Positions 63,241-64,000 of a stretch of 64,000 bases of DNA are shown here, piece after piece. The notes under the pieces were generated by a model. That model worked only from the letters and a program-made list of their open reading frames with translations. It was not told where the DNA came from and did not search any database. The DNA comes from Planctomycetota bacterium (GTDB taxonomy: Bacteria; Planctomycetota; JAJSAM01; JAJVHW01). Numbering within the stretch: position 1 is the stretch's first letter; each line of letters starts with the position of its first letter. The position numbers and the translations under genes were made by a program. The DNA is taken from positions 704,001 through 768,000 of the forward strand of contig CBDFJG010000003.1 of assembly GCA_965248445.1 (NCBI GenBank). The letters run 5' to 3'.

Positions 63241-64000
63241 CGTGCGCCGCCGAGCGACGCGATCGCGTCCTGCAGCCGGCCCGCCTCGACGATCCGTCCC
63301 GCGCCGCGGGCCGCAGACTCGGCATCTCGCAGCGCGGGAAGCGCACCCGTGTCGCCGCGTGTGACGATCGACTGCGCCGCCTTCTGACGCACGAGATCGT
63401 CGGCATCGCGCAGCGCCGCCGCGAGCGCCTGCCCGGAAGCGGCGTCGTCGAAGTTGCGCAGTCCGTGCACCGCCTCCACACGCAGCACCCAGTCCGAGTC
63501 ACTCGTGTAGCGCGCGAGCGCATTCGCGGCGGCGGGGCCACCGCGCACCCCCATCTCGCCGAGCGTGCTCAGCGCGAATCGGCGGCCGCTCTTGGACTGG
63601 GCGCGGTCGAGCGCGGCGACGGTGGGACCGGCGGCCGGACCGCCGATCTTGGCCAGGATCGTGGCCGCCTCCCGGCGCGTGTCGTCGTCCACACTGAGCG
63701 GCACGTCCTTCTCCTGGACCTCGTCGTAGACGGTCTTGACGGTGCCCACTGCCAGAACGTCGGTCAGGAACGGCACCGCCGGCGGGCCAATCGCGATGAG
63801 TTCGTCCCGGGCCCGCTCGACGAGCTGCGGCGCGTTGGGGGCCGTGAGACGCTGCGCGCGAAGGAGCGCGGCGAACAGCCCGGTGATCAGGAACTGCGAC
63901 TCGCTGTGCCCCATGGCGAGCCACCGCTTGCGTGTGGCGGGCCATTCCGGCGCATCTTTCGAGAACTGGCGCAGACCGTTCGCCATGAACGCCTGCGTGT
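63237..64000 (-). CDS. HEAT-repeat protein (5' end probably outside the window)
   Basis: Repeated IG.PA, D...VR..AA.L helical pairs; frame is open to the window edge. Confidence 0.7.
   Translation of the reverse strand, partial: TQAFMANGLRQFSKDAPEWPATRKRWLAMGHSESQFLITGLFAALLRAQRLTAPNAPQLVERARDELIAIGPPAVPFLTDVLAVGTVKTVYDEVQEKDVPLSVDDDTRREAATILAKIGGPAAGPTVAALDRAQSKSGRRFALSTLGEMGVRGGPAAANALARYTSDSDWVLRVEAVHGLRNFDDAASGQALAAALRDADDLVRQKAAQSIVTRGDTGALPALRDAESAARGAGRIVEAGRLQDAIASLGGAR

Overview
High-GC bacterial chromosome segment, most consistent with Planctomycetota. This is inferred from paired PilB ATPases around PilT, a eukaryote-type UDPGP-family pyrophosphorylase, HEAT-repeat proteins and a dcw cluster with no ftsA/ftsZ after ftsQ. 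Most genes lie on the minus strand and are housekeeping: the end of a surface-polysaccharide locus, ddl, rpmF-plsX-fabD-fabG-acpP-fabF, alaS, recA-thpR-pfkB, fabI, tRNA-Leu(CAG), smpB, tmRNA, pilB-pilT-pilB, ppdK, yebC, rplM-rpsI, and mraZ-rsmH-ftsL-ftsI-murE-murF-mraY-ftsW-murG-murC-murB-(orf)-ftsQ, which lacks murD. Mobile DNA comprises IS1380, IS1595, a single-ORF IS66, a 284-bp MITE between mraY and ftsW, and a REP-like palindrome family. The most unusual signal is a dispersed non-coding element at 32927-33070 and 42727-42880. In it a conserved scaffold is followed by a variable 21-nt segment that is an inverted copy of the 3' end of the adjacent host gene, closed by a conserved apex. All calls come from reading the sequence and translations; no database searches were run.
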